Source: Candidatus Bathyarchaeia archaeon (GTDB taxonomy: Archaea; Thermoproteota; Bathyarchaeia; Bathyarchaeales; Bathycorpusculaceae). Taken from it: a stretch of 64,000 nucleotides of DNA. The stretch is from positions 170,083 to 234,082 of the forward strand of contig JAVZNZ010000002.1 of the NCBI GenBank assembly GCA_038882575.1, given 5' to 3'. Both the position numbers and the translations under genes were made by a program. Of the stretch, positions 54,152 through 63,578 are shown piece after piece; positions within the stretch are counted from its first letter, which is position 1; every line of letters starts with the position of its first letter. The notes under the pieces are model-generated. The model made no database searches, had not been told where the DNA came from, and saw only the letters and a list, made by a program, of their open reading frames with translations.

Positions 54152-55954
54152 ATGATAGCGAAAACGAAATTTCTTGGGATTGCAACTGTTCTAATTATGC
54201 TTTTGGCTTCCTTGGCTTCTATTTCGCCTAGAGTGTATGCACAGCCGAGGTACGGTGGGACTCTTGTTATTGGATTGAGTTCTGAGCCAACACACTTAGT
54301 GCTGTGTGGGCCTCCAACATGGGCTTTCTATCAGGTGGCTAATCAAATAGGCAATTCGCTGATTTGTTTTGATCCGGAAACCCTTGAATGGAAGCCTGAC
54401 TTAGCCGAGTCCTGGAATGTCACTACGGAACCGGGCGGCGGCATGTCTATTAGATTTAATTTAGTTAAGAATGCAACTTGGCATGATGGACAGCCGTTTA
54501 CATCGGCCGACGTGAAGTACACTTACACGACGATTTCTCCACTATACAATAGTTTTATCGACAGTATGATGAAGAATTACGTGACAGCCATTGAGACGCC
54601 AGACAACTATACCGTAATCTTCAGATTTAACACCACATGGGCGCCGGCATTTTATCCGGGCTATTTTGGCGGTTCCGGCATATGCATCATGCCGAAACAC
54701 TTGTATGAGGGCACAGACATCCAAAACAACCCATATAACACAAAACCCGTGGGGACAGGGCCTTTCAAATTTAAAGAGTGGAAGAAAGGCGAGTACATAG
54801 TTCTTGAAAGAAATGAAAATTACTGGAAGGGAGGACTGCCATACCTGGACAAAATAATATACAAGATCATACCGAGTTCCTCTATGATGTCGCTTGCCTT
54901 TGAAACAGGCGAAATAGACTTTGTTTGGGTTTATGGCTTGGCAATGTCTGATGCCGTAAGCCTTCAAGAACGGATTGGACGTGGAGAGCTTGTTGGAAAA
55001 AGAGTTTGGTTCTTCCCAAGCCCCGGCGCTTCCTTGGATGTTGTTGGATTCAATTTGCATGAGGAAGGACCCGCATTTTTCAAGAATGTCAAAGTTAGAA
55101 AGGCCATTGCAGCCGCAATAGATAGATCAAAGATTGCTGAAGTTGTTTACTATGGAAGGGTTGAAGCCCTAGAAACATGCGTGTCCCACGCCCCCGCAAC
55201 TCTCATGTACTATCCAGACAAGAAACAACCAGCTTACAACGTTACAGAAGCTGAAAGACTATTGGATGAGGCTGGATACCCACGTGGACCAGATGGCAAA
55301 AGAGCTATTAGTTTCAGAATAACTGTTGACTCTGTGGCTTACCCATGGTATCTTAAGGAAGCTGAGCTTATACGGGACTTCCTCGCCGAGGTTGGTATAA
55401 CCGTTGAAGTTGTTGCTTTAGAGACGGCTGCATGGCATGAAAAGGTATTCAAAAACTGGGACTTTGACATGAGCATTTTCCCATTCGTCCATGGTCCAGG
55501 CCCAGCGTATCTTATCCGTTACTATACTGCAAGGGGCATTGCAAGGGCCTCTTGGTCAAACGCCATGGGATACAGCAACCCAGAATACGAGCAGCTTGTT
55601 TACGCAGCTGAAAAAGAAATCAACAGAACAAGGGAAATTGAGCTTATGAAGCAAGCTCTTAATATTCTGGTGGAAGACCAGCCTGCGGTGTGGACGTGTT
55701 CAAGAACTTTTGCAGCGGCTGTTGACTTAGACTTTTCAGATGAATATCAACCGGGTGTGTGGGAAAACGGCTTTGGAACAGGCTACATGAGGGTTGAAAA
55801 AGTCTATTGGCTTAAGGCTCCCCCACCAACGCAACCGGGCCAAACTGTTGAAGTTCCATATGTACCTGATTGGGTTTACGTCGTCGTAGCTGTGTGTGTT
55901 GTCGTAACTGCGGGATCAATAGTTTACGCCGTTCGAAAGGGTAAGAAAAAGTAG
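54152..55954 (+). CDS. Family-5 (Opp/Dpp-type) peptide ABC substrate-binding protein with C-terminal TM anchor
   Basis: Signal sequence plus GGTLVIGLSSEPTHL. 600 aa. C-terminal hydrophobic WVYVVVAVCVVVTAGSIVYAV followed by RKGKKK. Confidence 0.85.
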   Translation: MIAKTKFLGIATVLIMLLASLASISPRVYAQPRYGGTLVIGLSSEPTHLVLCGPPTWAFYQVANQIGNSLICFDPETLEWKPDLAESWNVTTEPGGGMSIRFNLVKNATWHDGQPFTSADVKYTYTTISPLYNSFIDSMMKNYVTAIETPDNYTVIFRFNTTWAPAFYPGYFGGSGICIMPKHLYEGTDIQNNPYNTKPVGTGPFKFKEWKKGEYIVLERNENYWKGGLPYLDKIIYKIIPSSSMMSLAFETGEIDFVWVYGLAMSDAVSLQERIGRGELVGKRVWFFPSPGASLDVVGFNLHEEGPAFFKNVKVRKAIAAAIDRSKIAEVVYYGRVEALETCVSHAPATLMYYPDKKQPAYNVTEAERLLDEAGYPRGPDGKRAISFRITVDSVAYPWYLKEAELIRDFLAEVGITVEVVALETAAWHEKVFKNWDFDMSIFPFVHGPGPAYLIRYYTARGIARASWSNAMGYSNPEYEQLVYAAEKEINRTREIELMKQALNILVEDQPAVWTCSRTFAAAVDLDFSDEYQPGVWENGFGTGYMRVEKVYWLKAPPPTQPGQTVEVPYVPDWVYVVVAVCVVVTAGSIVYAVRKGKKK

Positions 55955-56005
55955 AAAACATAACCCCTTTTTTCACTCTAAAGCTTTTTAGACGTCTGTT
56001 AAAGT

Positions 56006-57061
56006 TTAGGCTCTGCCCAATTTTTTGGCGAGTTCAGAAAGCTCCGGATCTACGTTTCTTCCTTGATCCCAAATTTGTTTTCCGTCAAGCCATACTGACG
56101 TGTTTAGGCATACCCCATCAGAGTGTGACGGCGCATCTATGGGCTTTCCGCCGGGGACAAAAGCCCTGTAATAGCCGATTCCCCATTCTGTGCAGCCCCA
56201 CACTCTTTCATCCTCAACCACATTACCAGTTAATTTGGCGCCAGGGTGACACCCATAACAGACGTGGACCACCCTAAACATCCCTGGATGGTTGAAGCTT
56301 TTAAGCCATGCTTCATAGGCTCTGGCTTCTTGTCCACCTTCGATTTTCTCTATTTTGCCTGCTTTAACATGAAGTTTTACCGGTTCTTTAAGAAGCCCTA
56401 ATGGCGGGTTTATCGAACCATCAAAAACTATTACACCATTTATTGTCTCGTGGATGGGCGCCCAGCCTATTTGTCCTCCAAGCATGAAGGATTGTCCAGG
56501 CATATCAGCATAACCAGCCGATTTTCTGTATATTCTGTTTGGATCGTTTTCAAATTCCACATATCCTCCAGCGGGTGTTGTCATTTTCACGTGCTTAGCC
56601 TCTTTCGTAAGCGTGTATAGTCTATTAATGTATTTGTCTAGTGTTGGCAAGTCAACTCTGCCAATGAGTCTAACCATCATGTCAACGTTCATTCCGACAT
56701 AGCAGCAATGCCTCAACTTTTTGTTTGCCTCCATGGCCTTCTCGTATATGGTTGAATAATATATCCACTGACCATTGTATTCAACCCAAGCGTCAGCCTT
56801 GCTTAAAGCCGCCCCCAAAGCCTCTGGCAACATCGGATCAGCAGCCTTGCCCACGCCTAAGGGCGAGGCTATCCAAACAACCATTGGTTTGGCTCCAACT
56901 GCAAAGGCTGCGGAGGCCGTTGCGTCTACAACCCTTTGGTCTGACATCGTGTCAGCCGTTATGACAACTGTTTCATCTGGTTTTAGTTTGAGCATTTCTG
57001 AAACAAGTTTGTATGCTGCTTTGGCTAGTTCATATTCATAATACTGCGGCATTATTAACAC
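56006..57061 (-). CDS. Aminopeptidase-T/M29-like fold protein (function uncertain)
   Basis: 351 aa. N-terminal LAKAAYKLVSEMLKLKPDETVVITAD and a C-terminal His/Glu/Asp-rich region (EWGIGY, HSDG) resemble thermophilic M29 aminopeptidases. Confidence 0.5.
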   Translation of the reverse strand: MLIMPQYYEYELAKAAYKLVSEMLKLKPDETVVITADTMSDQRVVDATASAAFAVGAKPMVVWIASPLGVGKAADPMLPEALGAALSKADAWVEYNGQWIYYSTIYEKAMEANKKLRHCCYVGMNVDMMVRLIGRVDLPTLDKYINRLYTLTKEAKHVKMTTPAGGYVEFENDPNRIYRKSAGYADMPGQSFMLGGQIGWAPIHETINGVIVFDGSINPPLGLLKEPVKLHVKAGKIEKIEGGQEARAYEAWLKSFNHPGMFRVVHVCYGCHPGAKLTGNVVEDERVWGCTEWGIGYYRAFVPGGKPIDAPSHSDGVCLNTSVWLDGKQIWDQGRNVDPELSELAKKLGRA

Positions 57062-57187
57062 CGACTCCTAACTGCAATCCCCTAAAGTTATAAAAATTTC
57101 CCAATAATCAACAATCTTTTTCCAAGAAATTCGATAAGATATTGCAAAAGTTTAAATTTTCTATGTGTCTACTTTGCGTCGATTGCT

Positions 57188-57904
57188 ATGAAGATAAAAG
57201 TTATAGTACCGGTTTCAACGGACCACTGGAACGATCTTATTCGTGAGGCTTTTGAAGCATACAAAGACCCAGACACAGAAATAACAATAGTCAATTTGAA
57301 AAAGGGGCCGGAATCCATAGAGCAAATATACGACGAAACTTGGGCAGCACTACCCACATTGCTGGAGGCGGAAAAAGCTGAAAAGGAAGGGTATGACGGC
57401 GTTATAATATACTGTTTTGGGGACCCAGCCCTTGAATCGGTAAAAGAGGCTTTAAATATTCCTGCGGTAGGACTAAATGAGGCCAGCGTTCATTTGGCGT
57501 CGATGCTTGGGAAAAGGTTTTCTGTTATAGGCGTTGGGGGCAAAAAGATTGAGAGTTCAAGGAGGGTTTACGATAAAGTAGCGCATTATGGTTTAGGCGC
57601 GAAACTGGCTTCTGTTAGGAGAATCGACGTTAGAGTGCTTGATATAAGGAAAGAGTTTGACAAAGTTGTTGAAGCCTTATCTGAGGAAGGAAGGCATGCC
57701 ATTGAAAAGGATGGGGCTGACGTTCTAGTGCTCGGGTGCGGCGGCCTCCTAAACATTGCCGAAAAACTGCAGGAAAAACTTGGCGTGCCCGTAATTGACC
57801 CCGGGTTGGCCGCCTTAAAAATTGTTGAAGATTTAGTGAAGCTTAAACTAAAACAAAGCAAGAGGGCTTATCCAAAGCCTTACGAAAAGAAGAGATTGCA
57901 ATAG
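57188..57904 (+). CDS. Asp/Glu/hydantoin racemase family protein (HyuE-like)
   Basis: IKVIVPVS..., IIYCFGDPALESV, VLVLGCGGL: two half-site motifs of the Asp/Glu racemase fold. Confidence 0.75.
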   Translation: MKIKVIVPVSTDHWNDLIREAFEAYKDPDTEITIVNLKKGPESIEQIYDETWAALPTLLEAEKAEKEGYDGVIIYCFGDPALESVKEALNIPAVGLNEASVHLASMLGKRFSVIGVGGKKIESSRRVYDKVAHYGLGAKLASVRRIDVRVLDIRKEFDKVVEALSEEGRHAIEKDGADVLVLGCGGLLNIAEKLQEKLGVPVIDPGLAALKIVEDLVKLKLKQSKRAYPKPYEKKRLQ

Positions 57905-57910
57905 AGAATG

Positions 57911-58600
57911 CTATAAAAAGATGGAATAGGCATATAGTCCAGCTGCAATAACGGGGTCAACAACTTTTATTTTGAATTTTCTGCTTAGCTTATCCGCCAT
58001 ATTAAGCGTTGAATAGCCTGTGCATCCAAGCGCCAAAACATCAACATCTTGGTCAACTAAACATTTAGCTGCCTCAAAAATGGCGTTTTCATTTTCGGCC
58101 AAGTCAACCATAGTTCTTACGGTGTGAGGCTTTTCATAGGCTACCAGTCTTTCGCCCAACACTTTGACCATGGGGGTGGGAGGAAAATCTGTTATGCCAA
58201 GCACGCCTACACGTTCGCCAAAAATTAGTGCCATTGAGGCGCATGCTGAACCAGCGCCAATAACGGGCACTTTTAAAGTCTTTTTAAGCAAATCGACTCC
58301 CGGGTCGCCGGCGCAGCTGACTATTATTGCTTCTGCATTCTGCTTTTCGAGGGTTTTGCCGAGGGAAATAATCTTTGGAATTGCTTCTCTTTCTGTTTCA
58401 AAATTGTATACTCCTTTTGGTTGATCGTCAATGCATTTTGAAACCACTTTTAAGTTTGGAAATTTTTCTTCAATTATTTTGCCATGAGCATTAAGAAGAC
58501 TTTCTTCAGTTATTGTTGCGACCCTTATAAGTCCAATCAAGTGTTTTTTAGCCAGGTTAGGCATGGAAGCCATCTCATTATCTTTTCGTTGACTTAACAA
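57911..58600 (-). CDS. Asp/Glu/hydantoin racemase family protein (second, divergent copy)
   Basis: IIVSCAGDPGVDLLK and VLALGCTGYS half-site motifs. 229 aa. Confidence 0.7.
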   Translation of the reverse strand: MLSQRKDNEMASMPNLAKKHLIGLIRVATITEESLLNAHGKIIEEKFPNLKVVSKCIDDQPKGVYNFETEREAIPKIISLGKTLEKQNAEAIIVSCAGDPGVDLLKKTLKVPVIGAGSACASMALIFGERVGVLGITDFPPTPMVKVLGERLVAYEKPHTVRTMVDLAENENAIFEAAKCLVDQDVDVLALGCTGYSTLNMADKLSRKFKIKVVDPVIAAGLYAYSIFL

Positions 58601-59699
58601 TTTCTTCTATTGGCGTGTATGGAATGTTGTAGCCAAAGTGTGCTGGTCCGAACAGCTTCAATCCCCTTTCGGTTCTCCAAATTGGATGGGCTGGAACCCC
58701 TATCACAACAACCTCCCTATTTTCGGCGAAATCGTCTTTCCAGTTTGAAAGGCCGTAGGCTGTTTTAGCATCGACAATACATATTGGGTCTGGGCATGTT
58801 ACATATGGTTTTTCATTAAGCCAGCTTATGAGATGCTCGTTTTTGAAGAAAACCTTTAAGATTTGCCCAGCATAATTTCCCGTTCCTTTAATTGTTATGT
58901 TTCCCCACATGAAAGAGCCTTTTTCTTCGCGTTTAAAACCTGAAACCTTACCCGTGAAAATTTCAATTCCATTCACCGCGCTAAGCAGGGCCTCCACGGG
59001 ATTTTTACCAGCCTTATGGGCTTCCCTTATTTTCTGGCCTATTGAAATGGCTTTTGTTACACTGTTTGGTACAATTGCCTTGCTTAAGACTTTTCCTTGC
59101 ATAGGGCATCGGCAAACTCCAACCATGCCTCCGGAGGCTGTTGCAACAGCCCTACATATTTGCTCTGCCCTAACGTCATCGACCGCCCTATCTAAGAACA
59201 TGATGTCGCCAAAACTTGTAACCACGCAAAGGGGGGCAACTGAAACGCCTGCAACATGTGTGGTGGAAATTGTTATTTCCGGTTTAGCCCTTCCGCAAGC
59301 GTCTCCGTCAACGGTAACTTTATCCAGCATTGCAGCCACATACATGGCTGCCAAAGTGTTTCCTGCACCAATTTCTGTTGGGAGAAGCGCGTAAGGAGAC
59401 TTACCCAAATAACGGCTAAGCTCCAGCACAGCCGTTAATTCGGGCCTTTCATAAACCTTTTTGTATCCTTCAACCATCCTTGCCTCTTCCGCTGTTACTC
59501 CGCCCCCAAGGCGTCCGGCAATGACAACAAGCTCATCGTCTGGAACTTCTTTTGGATCAACCAGAACAAATTCTTTGTTTTTTTCAAAAACCTCGTTTAT
59601 TAAAGGCCTAGCCCATTCGATTTCTCCCCCGCCGCCTGTTCCTAAAATTTTCGCCCCGACGAGTAGATCCTCAATTTGTTGTTTATCAAGCCTTATCAT
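58578..59699 (-). CDS. DUF917-family protein
   Basis: N-terminal LLVGAKILGTGGGGE motif characteristic of DUF917. 373 aa. Overlaps the downstream racemase start. Confidence 0.7.
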   Translation of the reverse strand: MIRLDKQQIEDLLVGAKILGTGGGGEIEWARPLINEVFEKNKEFVLVDPKEVPDDELVVIAGRLGGGVTAEEARMVEGYKKVYERPELTAVLELSRYLGKSPYALLPTEIGAGNTLAAMYVAAMLDKVTVDGDACGRAKPEITISTTHVAGVSVAPLCVVTSFGDIMFLDRAVDDVRAEQICRAVATASGGMVGVCRCPMQGKVLSKAIVPNSVTKAISIGQKIREAHKAGKNPVEALLSAVNGIEIFTGKVSGFKREEKGSFMWGNITIKGTGNYAGQILKVFFKNEHLISWLNEKPYVTCPDPICIVDAKTAYGLSNWKDDFAENREVVVIGVPAHPIWRTERGLKLFGPAHFGYNIPYTPIEEIVKSTKR

Positions 59700-59768
59700 A
59701 TGTATCCCATAGACAAGAATGGGATGTTTGTTGTGTTAAAAAGATTGCTATACAGTATTAAGAAAAAA

Positions 59769-60449
59769 TTATGTTAATAATTCGTCTAAAAATTTGATTA
59801 AAGCGCTGCGTGAGGAAACTACCGGAACATTTGCATATTCTTTAACAATGCGTTTTTGGTTGAATGTGTATCCCATGCAATCCATTATGATTAACTCAGC
59901 ACTTGATTCTCTGAATTTCTCGGCAACCTTTCTGAAATCTTCTTCTGTCGAAGTGTAGGGGGAAGCGTTTAAAACGACCAAATTTTTAAAATAAGCTTTC
60001 CATTTCTCATGTGCATAATCGATCTGTTCTTCAAGGGGAACTAATATACCCACATTCCTTTCGCATTTAAAGCCGGAAAAAAATCCCTTCAAAACTTCAC
60101 CAGCATAAACCACCGGAACACGAGCATCAAATTTTGGAAAATCACCAGTGCAAAATATCACTATAAAATCCACGCCCTCTTCTTCCAGTTGAGAAATTCT
60201 CTTCTGCATAAGCGGAATTATTTTGTTTTTAGCCAATTTAACTTGGGTGCCATCCCTCAATCTTGAAACATATGTCACATCACCAATATTTGGGCGCATT
60301 TTCTCTTTCACATACTCGTTTGAAAGTCCATTCAAAACGCCAGCTTCAACCAAAATAACTTTTGCCGAAAGATGCTGCGTGAAATCGGATGTTATGTCCG
60401 GCCTTGGGGATTGACCAATTGTTAAAACGCCAACTTTCTTCAAGCACAT
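59769..60449 (-). CDS. AroM-family protein
   Basis: VGVLTIGQSPRPDI N-terminus and FIVIFCTGDF / LIIMDCMGYT motifs typical of AroM-like proteins. Confidence 0.65.
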   Translation of the reverse strand: MCLKKVGVLTIGQSPRPDITSDFTQHLSAKVILVEAGVLNGLSNEYVKEKMRPNIGDVTYVSRLRDGTQVKLAKNKIIPLMQKRISQLEEEGVDFIVIFCTGDFPKFDARVPVVYAGEVLKGFFSGFKCERNVGILVPLEEQIDYAHEKWKAYFKNLVVLNASPYTSTEEDFRKVAEKFRESSAELIIMDCMGYTFNQKRIVKEYANVPVVSSRSALIKFLDELLT

Positions 60450-60581
60450 ACACCTTAATTAAAGTTTACATAACCTTATCTAAATTTTAAATTTTACAAA
60501 ATTTGTAATTATTAGAAATAAATAAATTTTTAATCAACGTGTTTTATTAGTTAAGCAAATGGTTGAAAAGGGCAGCGAATC

Positions 60582-61547
60582 TTGAACATCCTTGAGATAA
60601 CAAATCTTGTCGTTCACTATTTAACTTCAGAAGGGGTTGTTAGGGCAGTAGACAACGTAACTTTACATGTAAAGGATAAAGAGGCATTAGCCATAGTAGG
60701 CGAGTCGGGCAGCGGAAAAAGTACACTAGCATTTTCAATTATGAGGTTGCTGCCCCAAAACGCACGAATTTTAAATGGCAATATATGGTTGTACCCGGAC
60801 AAGCTAGATTTGGCTAGAATACCCGAACATGAAATGAAGAAGATTAGGGGTTGTAAAATAGGAATGGTCTTTCAAGACCCCATGACTTTTCTCAACCCAG
60901 TTATGAAGGTTGGCGATCAAATCGCAGAATCCATAGTTTATCATCAAAAGTGCTCGCTGGATGAAGCGAAAAGGAAAGCGGTTGATTTGTTGGAGAAGTT
61001 GAGGATTCCAGACGCTGCCAGCGTAGTATCTTATTATCCTCATCAATTGAGTGGTGGAATGAAGCAGCGTGTTATAATTGCCATGGCTATTTCATGCAAC
61101 CCGCAACTGCTTATAGCCGATGAGCCCACAACCGCATTAGACGTTACAGTTCAAGCAGAAGTTTTAGAATTGTTGAGAAGGCTTAAGCAAGAGTTGGGTA
61201 TGACCCTCATTTTGGTGACCCATGATTTGGGAGTTGTTGCCGAAATCTGCGACAGAGTGGCAATAATGTATGCGGGAAAACTGGTGGAAATCAGCGACAT
61301 CTTTAGACTCTACAAAGATCCAAAACACCCCTACACAACCGGCTTGCTCAGCGCCATGCCAACAATTCAAGAATCGGGGAAAAGAATAGCAGTCATAGGG
61401 GGGAGTGTGCCCAACTTACTTAATCCTCCAAAAGGTTGTAGATTTTGTCCCAGATGTCCGCATGCCACTAAAAAATGTGAGGTAGAAGAGCCTCCGCTTG
61501 TCGGCGTTGATGTAGACAGATTTGTGGCTTGCTGGCTATTCCGGTGA
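60582..61547 (+). CDS. Opp/Dpp-type peptide ABC transporter ATPase (OppD/DppD-like)
   Basis: Walker A GESGSGKST, LSGGMKQRV, LLIADEPTTALD. C-terminal oligopeptide-ATPase extension with CRFCPRCP. Confidence 0.9.
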   Translation: MNILEITNLVVHYLTSEGVVRAVDNVTLHVKDKEALAIVGESGSGKSTLAFSIMRLLPQNARILNGNIWLYPDKLDLARIPEHEMKKIRGCKIGMVFQDPMTFLNPVMKVGDQIAESIVYHQKCSLDEAKRKAVDLLEKLRIPDAASVVSYYPHQLSGGMKQRVIIAMAISCNPQLLIADEPTTALDVTVQAEVLELLRRLKQELGMTLILVTHDLGVVAEICDRVAIMYAGKLVEISDIFRLYKDPKHPYTTGLLSAMPTIQESGKRIAVIGGSVPNLLNPPKGCRFCPRCPHATKKCEVEEPPLVGVDVDRFVACWLFR

Positions 61548-61553
61548 CAATAT

Positions 61554-62549
61554 ATGGAAAATATGGAAAATCCAGTTTTAGTGCAGGTTAGAGACATAAA
61601 AAAATACTTTCCAGTGGGCAAAAGCCTCTTTGGCAAGAGCCGAAAATTTGCAAGAGCTGTTGATGGAGTCAGTTTTAATGTTGCAAAAGGAGAAACTTTA
61701 GGAATCGTGGGCGAGAGCGGTTCTGGGAAAACCACTTTGGCACGTTTAATATTAAGGCTTATAGAGCCCACATCTGGAGTCGTTTACTTTAACAACCAAA
61801 ACATTTTCAAATTAAATAAAAAACAGATGAGAAAGCTTAGGACGCAAATGCAAATGATTTTTCAAGATCCAATGGCATCCCTAAACCCACGGAAAAAAGT
61901 TAGGCAAACTATAGAGCAAGTATTTAAACTGCATACCTCACTTTCTGGCGAGGAGCTTCACGACAAAGTTGTAGATTTATTGGAAACTGTTGGTTTAACC
62001 CCTCCAGAAATGTTTCTTGAAAGGTATCCCCACGAACTTAGTGGTGGACAAAGGCAGCGCGTCTGCATCGCGAGGGCTATAGCGCTTCACCCCACGCTTT
62101 TAATAGCTGACGAGCCCGTTTCAGCCCTTGACGTTTCAATTAGGGGACAAATAGTTAATTTGCTCATGGACATTTACTCGAAACGTGCTGGCGAAATGGC
62201 CTACATCATTATTTCCCATGACATTGCACTTGTAAACAGCATGTGCAAAAACATTTTAGTAATGTATTTGGGCAGGGTTGTGGAGATGGGCGAAGTCAGC
62301 GAAGTAATTAAAAAGCCACTTCACCCTTACACTCAAATGCTTATTTCTGCAGTTCCGGTGCCAGACCCTGAAATCACAAGAACACGCAAACGCATGCTTG
62401 TAGGCGGTGAAATACCATCTCCAATAAACCCGCCAAGCGGCTGCCACTTCCATCCAAGATGTCCCTACGCCACAGAAGAATGCAAAATAAAAGTACCGCA
62501 GCAAATCGAAGTTGACAAAAGACTGGTTTTCTGCCACCTGTACAGCTGA
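61554..62549 (+). CDS. Opp/Dpp-type peptide ABC transporter ATPase (OppF/DppF-like)
   Basis: Walker A GESGSGKTT, LSGGQRQRV, LLIADEPVSALD. C-terminal CHFHPRCP. Confidence 0.9.
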   Translation: MENMENPVLVQVRDIKKYFPVGKSLFGKSRKFARAVDGVSFNVAKGETLGIVGESGSGKTTLARLILRLIEPTSGVVYFNNQNIFKLNKKQMRKLRTQMQMIFQDPMASLNPRKKVRQTIEQVFKLHTSLSGEELHDKVVDLLETVGLTPPEMFLERYPHELSGGQRQRVCIARAIALHPTLLIADEPVSALDVSIRGQIVNLLMDIYSKRAGEMAYIIISHDIALVNSMCKNILVMYLGRVVEMGEVSEVIKKPLHPYTQMLISAVPVPDPEITRTRKRMLVGGEIPSPINPPSGCHFHPRCPYATEECKIKVPQQIEVDKRLVFCHLYS

Positions 62550-62604
62550 CGCTGCAAAGCTTTTCGCGTTAGATTTTTATCATTCCATGCACAACATATT
62601 TATC

Positions 62605-63573
62605 ATGTCTTCGTTTAAGGTCTTCATAGTTAGAAGGCTTTTGCAGTACATACCATTAATTTTCCTGGTTGTGGTAGTAACCTTTATTCTAGTGCATTTG
62701 GCGCCCGGAGACCCTACATACATTTTAGTCGGCGAATATGGTGATGAAGAATTTATTCGCGCTGCAAGGGAAAGGCTTGGCCTTGACAAGCCATTACATG
62801 AACAATTTTTAATATACATTTCAAATGTTTTTAGGGGTGATTTAGGCTATTCTTACCTAAGATCTGAGCATGTTGCAACTTTAATATTAAGCCGTATACC
62901 GGCAACCCTACTGTTGGTTTTAACTTCAATGTTTATATCGGCTTTGATAGGAATTGTTTTGGGCACGATAGCGGCTGCACGAAGAGGAATTATTGACATC
63001 TCAATCTCCACGATTTCATTAATCGGCGTTTCAATACCATACTTTTGGCTTGGGCAAATCATACTTATCATTTTTGCCGTTATGCTGGGGCTTTTCCCCA
63101 TCGGAGGCATGGTTTCTATTAGAATGGAATATCAAGGAATTTACTATATTCTAGACGTTCTATATCACTTGGTACTTCCAGCTGCAACACTAGCAGTATT
63201 CAACATAGCATACACAACCAAGATAACAAGGGGAAGTGTCCTAGAAGCATTAACTCAAGACTACATAATTACGGCCCGCTCAAAAGGAATACCGGAAAGG
63301 AGAATTATTTTTAAACATGCCTTAAGAAACGCCCTAATTCCGGTTGTCACATACACTGGATTAAACACTGGCGCATTACTGGTGGGCGCCATCCTCACAG
63401 AAACCGTTTTCTCCTGGCCCGGCATGGGACTGCTTTTATATGACTCCATTAGGCTTAGGGATTATCCCGTAATACTGGGCATTTTCATCTATGGCTCAAT
63501 AATAGTCATCATAGCAAACCTAATCGTTGACATTTTGTATGGCATTTTGGATCCAAGAATACGCGTGCGGTGA
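62605..63573 (+). CDS. Opp/Dpp-type ABC permease (OppB/DppB-like)
   Basis: Start set at MSSFKVFIVRRLLQYIP (canonical family N-terminus). Family-typical internal loop (ITARSKGIPERRIIFKHALRNALIPV). Confidence 0.85.
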   Translation: MSSFKVFIVRRLLQYIPLIFLVVVVTFILVHLAPGDPTYILVGEYGDEEFIRAARERLGLDKPLHEQFLIYISNVFRGDLGYSYLRSEHVATLILSRIPATLLLVLTSMFISALIGIVLGTIAAARRGIIDISISTISLIGVSIPYFWLGQIILIIFAVMLGLFPIGGMVSIRMEYQGIYYILDVLYHLVLPAATLAVFNIAYTTKITRGSVLEALTQDYIITARSKGIPERRIIFKHALRNALIPVVTYTGLNTGALLVGAILTETVFSWPGMGLLLYDSIRLRDYPVILGIFIYGSIIVIIANLIVDILYGILDPRIRVR

Positions 63574-63578
63574 CGTGT